Origin: Armatimonadota bacterium
GTDB lineage: Bacteria; Armatimonadota; UBA10988
Assembly (NCBI GenBank): GCA_016235455.1
Contig: JACRKZ010000047.1
Span: 1-57,594 of the forward strand
DNA length: 57,594 nucleotides
Reading direction: 5' to 3'
A program made the translations under genes and the position numbers. Under the pieces are notes generated by a model, which saw nothing but the letters and a program-made list of their open reading frames with translations, had not been told where the DNA came from and ran no database searches. This document shows positions 34,621-44,371 of this stretch, in pieces (position 1 is the stretch's first letter; each line of letters begins with the position of its first letter).

Positions 34621-35577
34621 ATGGCGCACTTTCAGACGTACAAGCTCTTCGGCGGCAGTGCTAACCCCGCGCTGGCGAAGGCCATCGCCGAGTACCTGAA
34701 CATGCCCTTGGTGGACTGCACCATCAAGAAGTTCACGGACGGCGAGGTGTTCGTCCAGGGGCATGAGAACGTCCGTGGCGCCGATGTGTTCGTGCTGCAG
34801 CCCACCTGCCCGCCGGTCAACGACAACCTCATGGAGTTGTTGATCACCATCGACGGGCTCAAGCGCGCCAGCGCCGAGCGCATCACCGCGGTGGTGCCCT
34901 ACTACGGCTACGCCCGCCAGGAGAAGAAGGACGCCCCGCGCGAGCCCATCACCGCTCGCCTCGTGGCCGACCTGATCGAGGTGGCCGGCGCGCACCGCGT
35001 CATCACCATGGACCTCCACGCCGGCGCCATCCAAGGCTTCTTCAACATCCCCATCGATCACATGACGTCGCTGGGCATGTTCTGCGACTACCTCAAGCAG
35101 ACCGACCTGACCGACTGCATCGTGGTCGCACCCGACACCGGCCGCGCCAAGGCCGCGGAGAAGATGGCCAGCCTGCTGGAACTGCCCATGGCCGTCATCC
35201 ACAAGCACCGCCCGCGACAGCAGGAGGTCGAGGTCACCCACATCGCCGGCGACCTGCGCGGCAAGCGCCCGCTGGTCTTCGAGGACATCGTCTCCACGGG
35301 CAAGACGCTGGGCTACGGCGTGGACGCCATGCTCGCCGCCGGCGCCCTGCCCGATATCCGCATCGCCGTGACCCACGCCCTGTTCACCAGCGACGCCATC
35401 CAGCGGCTCGACCGGCCCGAGATCAGCCAGATCATCATCACCGACACCGTGCCGCTGCCGCCCGACAAGCAGATCGACCGCATCACCACGCTCAGTGTGG
35501 CGCCGCTCATGGCCGAGGCCATCCGCCGCGTGCACGAGGGCGAGTCACTCAGCGAGTTGTTCAGCCTGGTCAGGTAG
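34621..35577 (+). CDS. prs: Ribose-phosphate pyrophosphokinase
   Basis: FTDGE, VNDNLMELLI, VPYYGYARQ, DLHAGAIQGFFNIP.D, APLMAEAIRR. ATG 34621 follows GGAGG. Confidence 0.96.
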   Translation: MAHFQTYKLFGGSANPALAKAIAEYLNMPLVDCTIKKFTDGEVFVQGHENVRGADVFVLQPTCPPVNDNLMELLITIDGLKRASAERITAVVPYYGYARQEKKDAPREPITARLVADLIEVAGAHRVITMDLHAGAIQGFFNIPIDHMTSLGMFCDYLKQTDLTDCIVVAPDTGRAKAAEKMASLLELPMAVIHKHRPRQQEVEVTHIAGDLRGKRPLVFEDIVSTGKTLGYGVDAMLAAGALPDIRIAVTHALFTSDAIQRLDRPEISQIIITDTVPLPPDKQIDRITTLSVAPLMAEAIRRVHEGESLSELFSLVR

Positions 35578-35590
35578 GCGCCGCGCCGGC

Positions 35591-37024
35591 TCAGCGCGCC
35601 ACAGTGCGGCTGGGGTCGAGCCCGTCGGGATCGGTCAGTTCAAGGCTGGCCTGGCCGTCCTTGAGCGCGGCGCGATAGACGCTGCCGCAGGCCCGCGCCC
35701 GCAGAGCGACGCGTCCGAGTTCCGGCACCTCGACACTGACGTCGCGGTCCTCGCCACCCGCCGCCCAGGCGGTCAGCAACCACATCTCGCGGCCCCGCAG
35801 CCGGCGCGCCAGCACGCGCGCGTCGCGGTCTCCGGTGGGCAACTCGTATGCCGGCAAGTCGCGGGCGATGCGGTGCTTTTCCGGTCCAGGCAGCAGATCG
35901 CCCACGCGCAGATACTCCTCAAGGTGCGAGAACTGCGCATGCACATGGCCCAGGGCGATCATCTGCCACAGCCAATTGGGGTCGTCCTCGCGCGGCACCG
36001 AGAAGTAGCCGGCCACACCGCCCAGGCTGCCCGCGGTGTAGCAGCACTTGAGGAAGCCGTAATAGCGCGGCTGGTCGGAGACGATGTCCGCGTCCTGCTT
36101 GCCGTCCTGGCGCCAGCCGGCGCAGAACCAGTTGTAGGTCAGCGTGTCGCCGTAGCGGTGCTGCCGCGCCACGGAGTTGAGCGTCAGCGTAAGCAGGTCG
36201 GTGTCGCCGGTCCAGCCGCTGTTGAAGCTGCGGTAGTAGCACTCCATGTTGGGCAGGTCGGAGATGGGCCGCAGCGCCGCGTAGTCGAAGCCCCAGTGCC
36301 ACCAGTCCGCGTAGCGGTCGTGGTGTGGATTGGCCGAGGTGGTGTAGTACAGGTACAGCTCGCGCCGCGGCACGGCCTGCCTGAACTCGGCGCTGATGGG
36401 CAACTCCTGTTGGCATTTGGCCGCCGACAGGTAGACCAGCCAGGACTGCTCGCCCTTGGCCTTGAGCACCGCCGGGTCCTGCTCCCAGGCTCGCCCCGCG
36501 AAGCCGTAAACCCCCAGGCCGTACTCGCCGCCGTTCAGCACGACCGCGACGGGGCACTTCTCCACCAACCGCGCCAGCGGCGCCGCCCAGCGATGGCCCG
36601 CCTCGCGGAAGAACTGCTGAGGGGCCTCCGGGCTGATCACCGCCTTGCCGTCGGGGAGGCTGCCGTCGGCCGCGTGGGTGAGCACTTCGTCGGGCAGCTT
36701 GCCGAAATCACCGTGCACCGTGAGCACAGCGAGCCGGTAGCGCTTGGGGTCGCGCAGACACAGCGCGACCAACTTGGACTCCACGCTGGCCGGATCGGCG
36801 AGCGCATCGACCGACTGGTCGGTGACGTAGCCGCCGTACTCGAGCGCGTAGCCCCAGCGGTCGGCGAGCTCCACGCGCGCCTCGTAGGGCAGCGTCCAGC
36901 CCCAGCGGGTCAGCGGCGGCAGCGTGTGGCCGTCGCGGAACACGGGCGCTTTGGCGGCGCGGAGCGTATCGACGGCCGGCGCGCCAGACGCGGCGGCACA
37001 CAGCAGCAGGCAGAGCAACCGCAT
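35591..37024 (-). CDS. Exported hypothetical protein
   Basis: Signal peptide MRLLCLLLCAAASGA; aromatic-rich globular sequence; normal GC3-rich coding pattern. Confidence 0.75.
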   Translation of the reverse strand: MRLLCLLLCAAASGAPAVDTLRAAKAPVFRDGHTLPPLTRWGWTLPYEARVELADRWGYALEYGGYVTDQSVDALADPASVESKLVALCLRDPKRYRLAVLTVHGDFGKLPDEVLTHAADGSLPDGKAVISPEAPQQFFREAGHRWAAPLARLVEKCPVAVVLNGGEYGLGVYGFAGRAWEQDPAVLKAKGEQSWLVYLSAAKCQQELPISAEFRQAVPRRELYLYYTTSANPHHDRYADWWHWGFDYAALRPISDLPNMECYYRSFNSGWTGDTDLLTLTLNSVARQHRYGDTLTYNWFCAGWRQDGKQDADIVSDQPRYYGFLKCCYTAGSLGGVAGYFSVPREDDPNWLWQMIALGHVHAQFSHLEEYLRVGDLLPGPEKHRIARDLPAYELPTGDRDARVLARRLRGREMWLLTAWAAGGEDRDVSVEVPELGRVALRARACGSVYRAALKDGQASLELTDPDGLDPSRTVAR

Positions 37025-37081
37025 GGGCGATCTCCGGCCAGTGTGTTCGCCGCGGCCGGCGGGCGCCCTGCCCAAATGCAA

Positions 37082-37105
37082 GAACCCGGTCAGGTGACCG
37101 GGTTC
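37082..37105 (-). terminator. Hairpin terminator after the tRNA operon
   Basis: Minus strand GAACCCGGTCA-CC-TGACCGGGTTC followed by TTGCATTT. Confidence 0.7.
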
Positions 37106-37111
37106 GGTGAG

Positions 37112-37184
<73 letters not shown>

Positions 37185-37211
37185 GCAGTTGCGGTGCCAG
37201 GGGCACCGATT

Positions 37212-37285
37212 TGGGCGGAACAGGACTCGAACCTGTGACCGTCCGGATGTAAGCCGGAGGCTCTAACCAACTGAGCTACCCGCCC
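37212..37285 (-). tRNA. tRNA-Val(TAC)
   Basis: GGGCGGGTAGCTCAGTTGGTTAGAGCC TCCGG CTTACAT CCGGA CGGTCACAGGTTCGAGTCCTGTTCCGCCCA; no encoded CCA. Confidence 0.97.
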
Positions 37286-37289
37286 GAAG

Positions 37290-37361
37290 TAGCCCCAACG
37301 GGAGTTGAACCCGTGCCTCAGGCTTGAAAGGCCTGCATCCTAACCGTTGGACTATGGGGCC
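37290..37361 (-). tRNA. tRNA-Glu(TTC)
   Basis: GGCCCCATAGTCCAACGGTTAGGATG CAGGC CTTTCAA GCCTG AGGCACGGGTTCAACTCCCGTTGGGGCTA; no encoded CCA. Confidence 0.95.
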
Positions 37362-37396
37362 AAGTCCATGCGTGGGCCTTGCTCCAACGCCGGATG

Positions 37397-37426
37397 AGAT
37401 TAGCATCGCATCCCAGCTTTTGTCAA
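37397..37426 (-). promoter_or_regulatory. Promoter of the tRNA operon
   Basis: TTGACA (37426-37421, overlapping the CDF stop codon), 18 nt, TGc-TAATCT (37402-37397). Confidence 0.6.
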
Positions 37427-39252
37427 GACTGACTCTCTCCAACCGGGTCAAGCAGATCGCTCGCCGGCTCCGCATGGATGGTCGCGTCGGCGGGCGCCAG
37501 CGCCTCGGCCAGCAGCGCTTCCAGGCGCTCGCTGACCTCGTGCGCCTGATCCAGGCTGGTGCCGTCGGCGAACTGGGCGTGGGCGTCGATGAACCGCCGC
37601 TCACCCACGTCGCGCACACGTAGCCGGTGCCAGCCGGCAATGTGCTCTGCGCTCTCCGCCGCACGCAGCACGGCGCGCGCCGACTCCAGCGTCTCGGGGT
37701 CGACGCTGTCCATCACGCCGTGCAGCGACTTGCGCACCAGTTGCGATGCCGTATAGAGGATGCCGCAGGCCACGATGATGGCCACGATCGGGTCGGCCAA
37801 CTGCCAGCCGGTGACCATGACCACGACCAGGCCGCCCAGCACGCCGAAGCTGGTGTAGACGTCGGTCAACACGTGGTGCCCATCGGCGACCAGCGTCAGC
37901 GAGCCGAGCAGCTTGCCCTGCCGCACCAGGAACAGGCCCAGCAGGCCGTTGACCACGGTGGCCACGACGACCAGCGCCAGGCCGCTGCCCAGGTTCTCAA
38001 CCTGCGCACCCGAAACCAGCCGACTGCCCGCGGCGATCATGATCAGCACGCCGGCCAGCCCGATCAGCGACCCTTCAAACCCGGCCGCCAGGAACTCGAT
38101 CTTCTGATGGCCGAACGGGTGCGACCGGTCCGAGCCCGAGCGCGCCAGGCTGATGCTGTAGATGGCGAAACTCGCGCCGAGCACGTTGACGATGCTCTCC
38201 AGCGCGTCCGACAAGACGGCCGCAGAGCCCGTGACCAAGGCCGCGGTGAGCTTGACCGCCATCAACAACGCCGCGATGGTCAGGCTGATCTTCGCCGCGC
38301 GCCGACGGCCCCGCTCCTCCGGCCCGCTGGCCGGCGGCTCATGGTCGCGATCGTCGCGCACCTGCGCGTGCGTCTCGATGTGCGCCGTCGCGTCGCAGAA
38401 GCCGACCGCCTGCTCGACGGCGTCCTCGGCGTCTTCGGCCAGGAGGTGCGCCCGCTCCAGGCTGGTGCCCTCGGCGAACTGCACATGGAAGTCGACGAAC
38501 GTGTAGCCTCCCGCGTCGCGGCAGCGCACGTCGTGGTGGCCGAGCAGTTCGGTGCCGACCAGGCCGCGCAGGGCCGAGGTGGCACGGCTGTGAGCCTGGG
38601 CCGGCGCTGTGTCCAGCAGGCCGAGCGCAGCGCGCCGCAGCAGCCCCAAGGCATGGCGCAGCACCAGGTAGACCACCAGGGCCGAGACCGCCAGATCCAA
38701 CCAGATCAGCCGGTAGACGCCGGCCAGCAGCAGGTTGGCCAACACACCCACGCCGACCAGGACATCGATGCGCGCGTGATCCGCCGAGGCCACCATGGCC
38801 GGCGAGCCGCAGGCCTGGCCCGCCGCCCGTTGCCGTCTGGCCACCACCGCGTTGGCACCCAGGCTGAGCGCGAACAGCACCGCCGCCGCCGCCGTCGGGG
38901 TGACCGGCTGGCCGCTGCGCAACTGGTAACAGGCCGCCACGCCGACCACGCCCACGCCGGTGAGCGCCAGCGCGCCCTGCACGCCGACCACCAGGTGCTC
39001 CAGCGCGCGATGGCCGTAAGGATGCGTCTCATCGGCCGGTCGCCGCGCGCCGAGCACGCCGATCAGCGTCAGGCTGGCCGCCGCCATGTTCAGCAGCGGG
39101 TCGAGCGTGTCTGCCAGCACCGCCAGCGACCCGGTCAGCCACCAGGAGATCAGGCGCAGCACAAGAATCAGTCCCGCGGCCAGCAGCCCCAAGCGGCCTG
39201 CTCGACCGAGCGCCGTCGATGTGTCCCCATGCGCGGTGGTTACAGCTTCCAT
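37423..39252 (-). CDS. Tandem (two-unit) cation diffusion facilitator transporter
   Basis: Two complete FieF-like units: TGSLAVLAD...HPYGH...DFHVQF....SLERAH...HIE and TGSAAVLSD...HPFGHQKIE...DAHAQF....SLDQAH...HAEP. ATG 39252 is inferred. Confidence 0.9.
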   Translation of the reverse strand: MEAVTTAHGDTSTALGRAGRLGLLAAGLILVLRLISWWLTGSLAVLADTLDPLLNMAAASLTLIGVLGARRPADETHPYGHRALEHLVVGVQGALALTGVGVVGVAACYQLRSGQPVTPTAAAAVLFALSLGANAVVARRQRAAGQACGSPAMVASADHARIDVLVGVGVLANLLLAGVYRLIWLDLAVSALVVYLVLRHALGLLRRAALGLLDTAPAQAHSRATSALRGLVGTELLGHHDVRCRDAGGYTFVDFHVQFAEGTSLERAHLLAEDAEDAVEQAVGFCDATAHIETHAQVRDDRDHEPPASGPEERGRRRAAKISLTIAALLMAVKLTAALVTGSAAVLSDALESIVNVLGASFAIYSISLARSGSDRSHPFGHQKIEFLAAGFEGSLIGLAGVLIMIAAGSRLVSGAQVENLGSGLALVVVATVVNGLLGLFLVRQGKLLGSLTLVADGHHVLTDVYTSFGVLGGLVVVMVTGWQLADPIVAIIVACGILYTASQLVRKSLHGVMDSVDPETLESARAVLRAAESAEHIAGWHRLRVRDVGERRFIDAHAQFADGTSLDQAHEVSERLEALLAEALAPADATIHAEPASDLLDPVGESQS

Positions 39253-39313
39253 GCTGGCAGGATAGCACAAGGAGCGCGGGACGTGGGACGTCGGCCGCGC
39301 GGCCGGCCCCGCA

Positions 39314-39342
39314 TTGACAGCGCGGATCGTGGGTTCGATAAT
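39314..39342 (+). promoter_or_regulatory. Sigma70-type promoter
   Basis: TTGACA 39314-39319, 17 nt, GATAAT 39337-39342. Confidence 0.65.
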
Positions 39343-39376
39343 GCGCTGTGGAAGCGGATTCGGGTGGAGGTAATCG

Positions 39377-39718
39377 ATGACTAGCCAACGACCGTCGGCC
39401 GTGGTGTTCTCCTCGGCGTACCAGGTGTTGCTCGGTCTCATCTGGCTGCATCAGATGAGTGCCATGCCGGGACCGCTGCTCAAGCTGCTGGTGGCCAGCA
39501 TTGCCTTTGGCCACTGGTATGCCGCTGCCGGCCTGTACCTGATGTGCGAGTGGGGTCGCCAGCGCACCCTCCAGTTCGCCATGTTCGACCTGCTCTCCGT
39601 GCTGCCCATGGTGCTGGGCCAGCAGATCACGCCGTGGGGCGCGCTGCTGCAACTCGGCATGCCGCTCTACACCCTGCACGCGCTCAACGACTCCCGCGTC
39701 CGCGAGCGATTCTCGTGA
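39377..39718 (+). CDS. Small hypothetical membrane protein
   Basis: GGAGG SD, own promoter, 3-4 hydrophobic segments in 113 aa. Confidence 0.7.
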   Translation: MTSQRPSAVVFSSAYQVLLGLIWLHQMSAMPGPLLKLLVASIAFGHWYAAAGLYLMCEWGRQRTLQFAMFDLLSVLPMVLGQQITPWGALLQLGMPLYTLHALNDSRVRERFS

Positions 39719-39846
39719 TCGCGTCGCGCCGCGGTCGGACCGTCACAGGTTCTTAACCGGCTGACGGTACGCGAGGCCAGCGCATGTCGGGGTAGTGGCT
39801 TACGAACGGCGCCAACCAGGCGCAGGCACGAAAAGGAACCACGACC

Positions 39847-41772
39847 ATGAGGCGTCAACCCTCCCTGACTCGACTAGGCTTTGTCTGGCTGCTGTTGGGC
39901 CTCGCCGGCAACGCTCGGGCCATGCTGCCGCCGCTGAGCGCCTTCGCCTACAACGATGGCGAGCGGCGTGTCGCGGTGCAGGTGCCCACCGATTGGCAGG
40001 TCAGCCCGTTGGCCTCCGGGTTGCGCGCCCAGCGCGACCCGCGAACCGAGATCGGCGGCACGGTGGTTCTCGGCTTCTACGACTACGACCAGGCACCCAC
40101 GCCCGACGCTTTCCTGAAGACCGCCTTGGACCAGTGGTCGGCGCGCTATGCCCGCTTCCAGGTGATCGAGACGTCCGCGCCAGCCGAGCGGCCGCGCGTG
40201 CGCCTGGCATCGGTGTCTTTCAGCCTCGATGGCTTCCCCTGCCGCGGCTATGTGATGGCGGTCATCGGCCGCGAAACGGGCACGCTGGGCTTCGCCTACG
40301 CCGAGGCGGTCGGCGCACGGCAGATGCAGCTCGACGATTTGGTGCAGTTGGTGGTTGCGGGCTCCTATGGCGCCTTCCCGGTGCGCGGACCGGCGGACGC
40401 CGACGCCACGCAGGCCACGCAACAGGCGGTGGCCAAGCTGTTTGGCGACGCCGACAAGGACTTCAAGCAGCTCTGGAAGGAACTGGACGACGGCTCCAAG
40501 CTGACCTTCGACATGCTGCCCACCTGCGGCACCTATCAGCCAGTGATGCGCGAACTGAAGAAGTACCTGTCCAGCTACCTGCCCCAGCGCCCGCAGGAAC
40601 GCGTGGCCGACCTGCGCGTCTACTGCCTGCCGACCAAGGAGTTCAACGCCTTCGCGCTCGGCCGCAACGATCTCGGCCCGGGCTTCCTGGCCTTCCACGC
40701 GTACTTCACACGGTCGTTCGCCGCTCTGGCTCAGCAGTACACCAGCCTGCGTGAGCGCAAGCTGCCCGTGGAGCGCTTCGGCGCGGAGCTGACCGCCTAC
40801 TCGGCGGCGCTGAGCGAGGCCGTACTCAAAGGCCAGCCGCTGCCCGCGCCGAACAAGATCGACTTCGCCGACGCCGCCCTGGCCAACCGCTACCTGCGGG
40901 TCTTCCGCTCGATGATCGGCCTGGTCATGGCGCACGAGATGGCGCACTACTACCTGCGGCACAACGAGAGCGGCGGGGACAAGTCGCCGTTCAGCGTGCA
41001 GCAGCGCGAGATCGCCGCCGACGCTGCGGCCATCCAGCTCTACGAGACCGCCGCCGACCGCAGTGAGGACCTGTGGGAAGGCGGTGCCATCCACGCCTTC
41101 GGCCTGTTCGCCACGCTCGACAACGTGCTCAACACGCTCAAGGGCACGGTCAAGCACGAGCCCGAATGGACCAAGGACCACCCCGCGGGCAAGACGCGGC
41201 TGGACATGGCCCTGGCCGCGCTCGGCGCCGACAACTTCAAGTTCCGCAACGACCCGTGGGGGCCCGGCGTGCTCGACCCGGGTGTAGAAGGCGTGAAGGT
41301 GGTCGGCGGACTGAGAGCCGGCGGCGCGGCCTCGGCCTTCACGCATCCCGTCTCGGGCGCGTCGATCCCCGTGCCCGAGGGCTGGGTTGGCGCCTACGAT
41401 GAGAGCGCCAAGGCCTTCACGCTCAAGCCCAAGGGCGCCAGCAGCGCGCTGCCGTTGGCAGCCTACAGCTGCGGCGGCAAGTACAGCGGCCCGAGCGCGG
41501 TGTGCGACGAGATCGTCGCCGAGATCCGCAAGACCGGCGCCGACTGGACGCAGGTCAAGAACGAAGCCTTCGAGACCGGAGCCGACAAGCTCAAGGCCCA
41601 TCTGGTGACCGGCCGCATGACACTCAATGGCGCCAAGGTCGGCGTGCTGGCGTTTGGCCTCATCACGCCCAAGATGGCTCATGCCCTGCTGCTGGTGTCG
41701 CCCGTCGAACGCATCGACGACGATCTGAAGGTCTTCGGCAAGCTGCTCGAGGGTATCAGCTTCCCCACCTGA
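39847..41772 (+). CDS. Exported zinc metallopeptidase with central M48-like domain
   Basis: Signal peptide; EFNAFA, AHEMAH (HExxH), EIAADAAA, DHP...R. Flanking domains start VQVPTDW and IPVPEGW. Confidence 0.75.
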   Translation: MRRQPSLTRLGFVWLLLGLAGNARAMLPPLSAFAYNDGERRVAVQVPTDWQVSPLASGLRAQRDPRTEIGGTVVLGFYDYDQAPTPDAFLKTALDQWSARYARFQVIETSAPAERPRVRLASVSFSLDGFPCRGYVMAVIGRETGTLGFAYAEAVGARQMQLDDLVQLVVAGSYGAFPVRGPADADATQATQQAVAKLFGDADKDFKQLWKELDDGSKLTFDMLPTCGTYQPVMRELKKYLSSYLPQRPQERVADLRVYCLPTKEFNAFALGRNDLGPGFLAFHAYFTRSFAALAQQYTSLRERKLPVERFGAELTAYSAALSEAVLKGQPLPAPNKIDFADAALANRYLRVFRSMIGLVMAHEMAHYYLRHNESGGDKSPFSVQQREIAADAAAIQLYETAADRSEDLWEGGAIHAFGLFATLDNVLNTLKGTVKHEPEWTKDHPAGKTRLDMALAALGADNFKFRNDPWGPGVLDPGVEGVKVVGGLRAGGAASAFTHPVSGASIPVPEGWVGAYDESAKAFTLKPKGASSALPLAAYSCGGKYSGPSAVCDEIVAEIRKTGADWTQVKNEAFETGADKLKAHLVTGRMTLNGAKVGVLAFGLITPKMAHALLLVSPVERIDDDLKVFGKLLEGISFPT

Positions 41773-41782
41773 GAGGTGACCC

Positions 41783-43732
41783 ATGCGACTGCGCCCGGCT
41801 CTCATCGCGCTCAGCACGCTGGCGCTGGTCGGCGCCGGTCGTGCGCAGGAGCCGAGTCAGGCGCAGCTCGCGGGCCTGTTCCCCAAGCCACCGGCCACGC
41901 TGCTCAGCCAGTTGGCCGTCGCGCCTGGCCGGCAGGCCACGCTCTGGCAGCTACCGACCGGCGCCTTGCGGCTCGGCCTGGCGGTGCGCGGCGCCGACGG
42001 CGCCTGGTCCCTGTCGCTCAACCTGGTCAAGGTGCTCGACCTGCAGACGCCGGCCCGGCTGTCGCTGCTGGCGCTGCCCGGCCGGTACCCCGCCGTGGTT
42101 GCCATCGACGGCCAACGCGGCGAGTCCGGCCGCCTGAACCTGGTGGCTGCCGCCGAGGGCAAGCTGACCTTCCTCCTCGCCGCCGACCATGCGCCGGGCC
42201 AGCCGCCCGAGGCCGCCGACATCAACGATGACGGTCAGGCCGAGGTCATCCTGACCGTCGACGCCACGCCGCTTTGGCCGGGCCAAGGTCCGTGGCTCGA
42301 CCGCCGGGTGGCAGCCTACCGCCTGGGCGCTGACGGCACCTTCCAGGCCGCGCCGTTGTGGGCCGACCCGGGCGATCCGCAGGTACAGCGGCTGCTGCTG
42401 CTGCGCGACGGCCGGCTGTGGCCGGCGGCCGTGTCGTTGGCCACGGCGCTGGCGCAACGCCGGGCTGAGGCTGGCCCGCTCTGGAATCTGGCTCTCACCC
42501 GCTTCGAGGCGGACTGGTTCGGCGAGCAGGCCGACCGCCTGCGCCTCGGCTCGAGCAGCGTGCAGAAGCTGGCCTCGGCGGCCGCGCAGACGCTGGCCGG
42601 TCAGCTCGATGGCGCCGCGCTGTCACTGCTGTCGTTTGGTGGGCCGGTTCATCTGCCCGACGGCTGGACCACGCCCATGGCCGTGCTCGGCCGAACACTG
42701 GAGCTGGCGCGGCGGGCCGACCCCGGGCTGGGAGACAACGCGCACTATCTCGTGCTGCGCGGCTTCGCGGCGTCGGCCCAGGGGCTCGACCAGGCGGCGC
42801 GCACGGCGTGGCGCCGGGCGGCCACCATCGACGCGGGTCTGCCCGGCCTGTCGGCGTGGCTGGGCGGCTCGAAGGTAACGTCGCGGCTATGGGTGCTCGA
42901 CGCGCGTGACATGCTGCACGCGGTCGACCTGACCGCCGATGGCGAGCCAGCCGGGCCCTTGGCGCCACTGGCCGCGCTGGGTCGGCTCAGCGCCGTCGCG
43001 GGCCGCGCCTCGGTGCCCGGCCTCGTGGCGCTCAGCGCCGATGGACAGCGCGTGCTGGCCACCAGCGACGGCCAGTCGGCGCGCAACTTGCTCACCGGCC
43101 AAGGCCTGGACCTGCTGCCCGAGGCGGTCTCGCCCGATGGCCGCTGGGTGGGCGTCGGCGAGGCCGGGGCGCTGCGCGTCATCGCGTTGGACGACGGCCG
43201 ACAGGCGCTGCGGCTGGCGGCCTGCAGCGGGTACCTGTGGTCGCCGGACAGTCGCCAACTGGCCGTGAGGTCCGAGGCCGGCCTGCAACTCGTCGACGTC
43301 CCGGGCGGCCAGACGGCCACGCTCGCGGCGAGCAGCGAGGCCCTACGGTGGACGCTGGTGGACTGGTCGGCCGGGCAGCCCCTGCGCGCCGTGCGCCATC
43401 GAGTCAGCCGTGACGCGACTGGCGCGTTGGCCATCACCGGCTCCCAGCGTGTGGCGCTGCGCGCCGGCGCCGAACCCGTGGCCGACGACCGGCCCGAGCC
43501 GATGGAGGAACTCGCCCGCCAGGTGATGCTGCGCACGCGACCTGGCGAACTCACGCAACCGCTGACGGCGGTGCACCCGCTGCTGCTGGCCTGGCGCGCC
43601 GGCCAGGATCAGCGCACCTTGTTGTATGTCGGCCCGCGCGCCGACACCCGCCGCGCGGCAGTCGCGCCGTCGGAGCCCTTCGACCACCGCCTGCGCGCCG
43701 CGTGGAGCCAGGCCCCGGAGCCCACGCCGTGA
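41783..43732 (+). CDS. Exported hypothetical protein with FG-GAP-like and TolB/WD40-like motifs
   Basis: Signal peptide; ADINDDGQAEVIL; LSADGQRV, VSPDGRWV, WSPDSRQLA. Confidence 0.7.
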   Translation: MRLRPALIALSTLALVGAGRAQEPSQAQLAGLFPKPPATLLSQLAVAPGRQATLWQLPTGALRLGLAVRGADGAWSLSLNLVKVLDLQTPARLSLLALPGRYPAVVAIDGQRGESGRLNLVAAAEGKLTFLLAADHAPGQPPEAADINDDGQAEVILTVDATPLWPGQGPWLDRRVAAYRLGADGTFQAAPLWADPGDPQVQRLLLLRDGRLWPAAVSLATALAQRRAEAGPLWNLALTRFEADWFGEQADRLRLGSSSVQKLASAAAQTLAGQLDGAALSLLSFGGPVHLPDGWTTPMAVLGRTLELARRADPGLGDNAHYLVLRGFAASAQGLDQAARTAWRRAATIDAGLPGLSAWLGGSKVTSRLWVLDARDMLHAVDLTADGEPAGPLAPLAALGRLSAVAGRASVPGLVALSADGQRVLATSDGQSARNLLTGQGLDLLPEAVSPDGRWVGVGEAGALRVIALDDGRQALRLAACSGYLWSPDSRQLAVRSEAGLQLVDVPGGQTATLAASSEALRWTLVDWSAGQPLRAVRHRVSRDATGALAITGSQRVALRAGAEPVADDRPEPMEELARQVMLRTRPGELTQPLTAVHPLLLAWRAGQDQRTLLYVGPRADTRRAAVAPSEPFDHRLRAAWSQAPEPTP

Positions 43733-44310
43733 CCCATCCCGCCCGCCTGGCCGCCGACGGCCTCACCGCGCATCTCGACACCGCGCTGAGCAGCGCGGCC
43801 GACGACGCCCAGCGTCGCCGCGCCACACTCGACGGACTGGCGGCCGCGGTAGGCCTGCTGGCCATGCTGCTGGCCGACGAAGCCGAGCAGGTGGCCGAGG
43901 TCGGCCGGCTGATGACCGATCTGCAGGCCACCGATGCCGAGCCAGAGCAGGCGGTCGCCAGCCTCGGTCTGCTCATCGCCCGCCATGCGCTGGGCTCGCG
44001 CGAGGAGGCCGCGCGCGCCCTGGCCACCGCCTGGCAGCAACACCGTGGCCAGCCGCTGGCGGCTGGCGCGCGACTGCTCGTGTTGACCGTATCCTGGCTC
44101 GATGCCGAAGGCGCCGCCACGCGACTGCTGGGCCGAGCAGAGCTGGCCCTGGATGACGGTCAGCCGCCCGAACTGGCCCTCGACAGCGCGCTACGGGCGC
44201 TGTGCGCGTTGCTGGCCGCCACGCCGCCCGAGCCCGCGGTCGACCCGCTGCGCAGCGCCTTCGACGCCGCGGTCGCCGCCGCCCGGCAACTGGCGACCAG
44301 TGCCGCGTGA
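43729..44310 (+). CDS. Hypothetical alpha-helical protein
   Basis: GTGA overlap with the upstream stop; Ala/Leu-rich; fills the gap before the next promoter. Confidence 0.55.
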   Translation: MTHPARLAADGLTAHLDTALSSAADDAQRRRATLDGLAAAVGLLAMLLADEAEQVAEVGRLMTDLQATDAEPEQAVASLGLLIARHALGSREEAARALATAWQQHRGQPLAAGARLLVLTVSWLDAEGAATRLLGRAELALDDGQPPELALDSALRALCALLAATPPEPAVDPLRSAFDAAVAAARQLATSAA

Positions 44311-44336
44311 TCCGCTCTGCGGGCCGGCCGACCGGG

Positions 44337-44366
44337 TTGACACCGGCTTGGGCGGCTGCCTATAAT
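44337..44366 (+). promoter_or_regulatory. Consensus sigma70 promoter
   Basis: TTGACA 44337-44342, 18 nt, TATAAT 44361-44366. Confidence 0.85.
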
Positions 44367-44371
44367 GCCGC

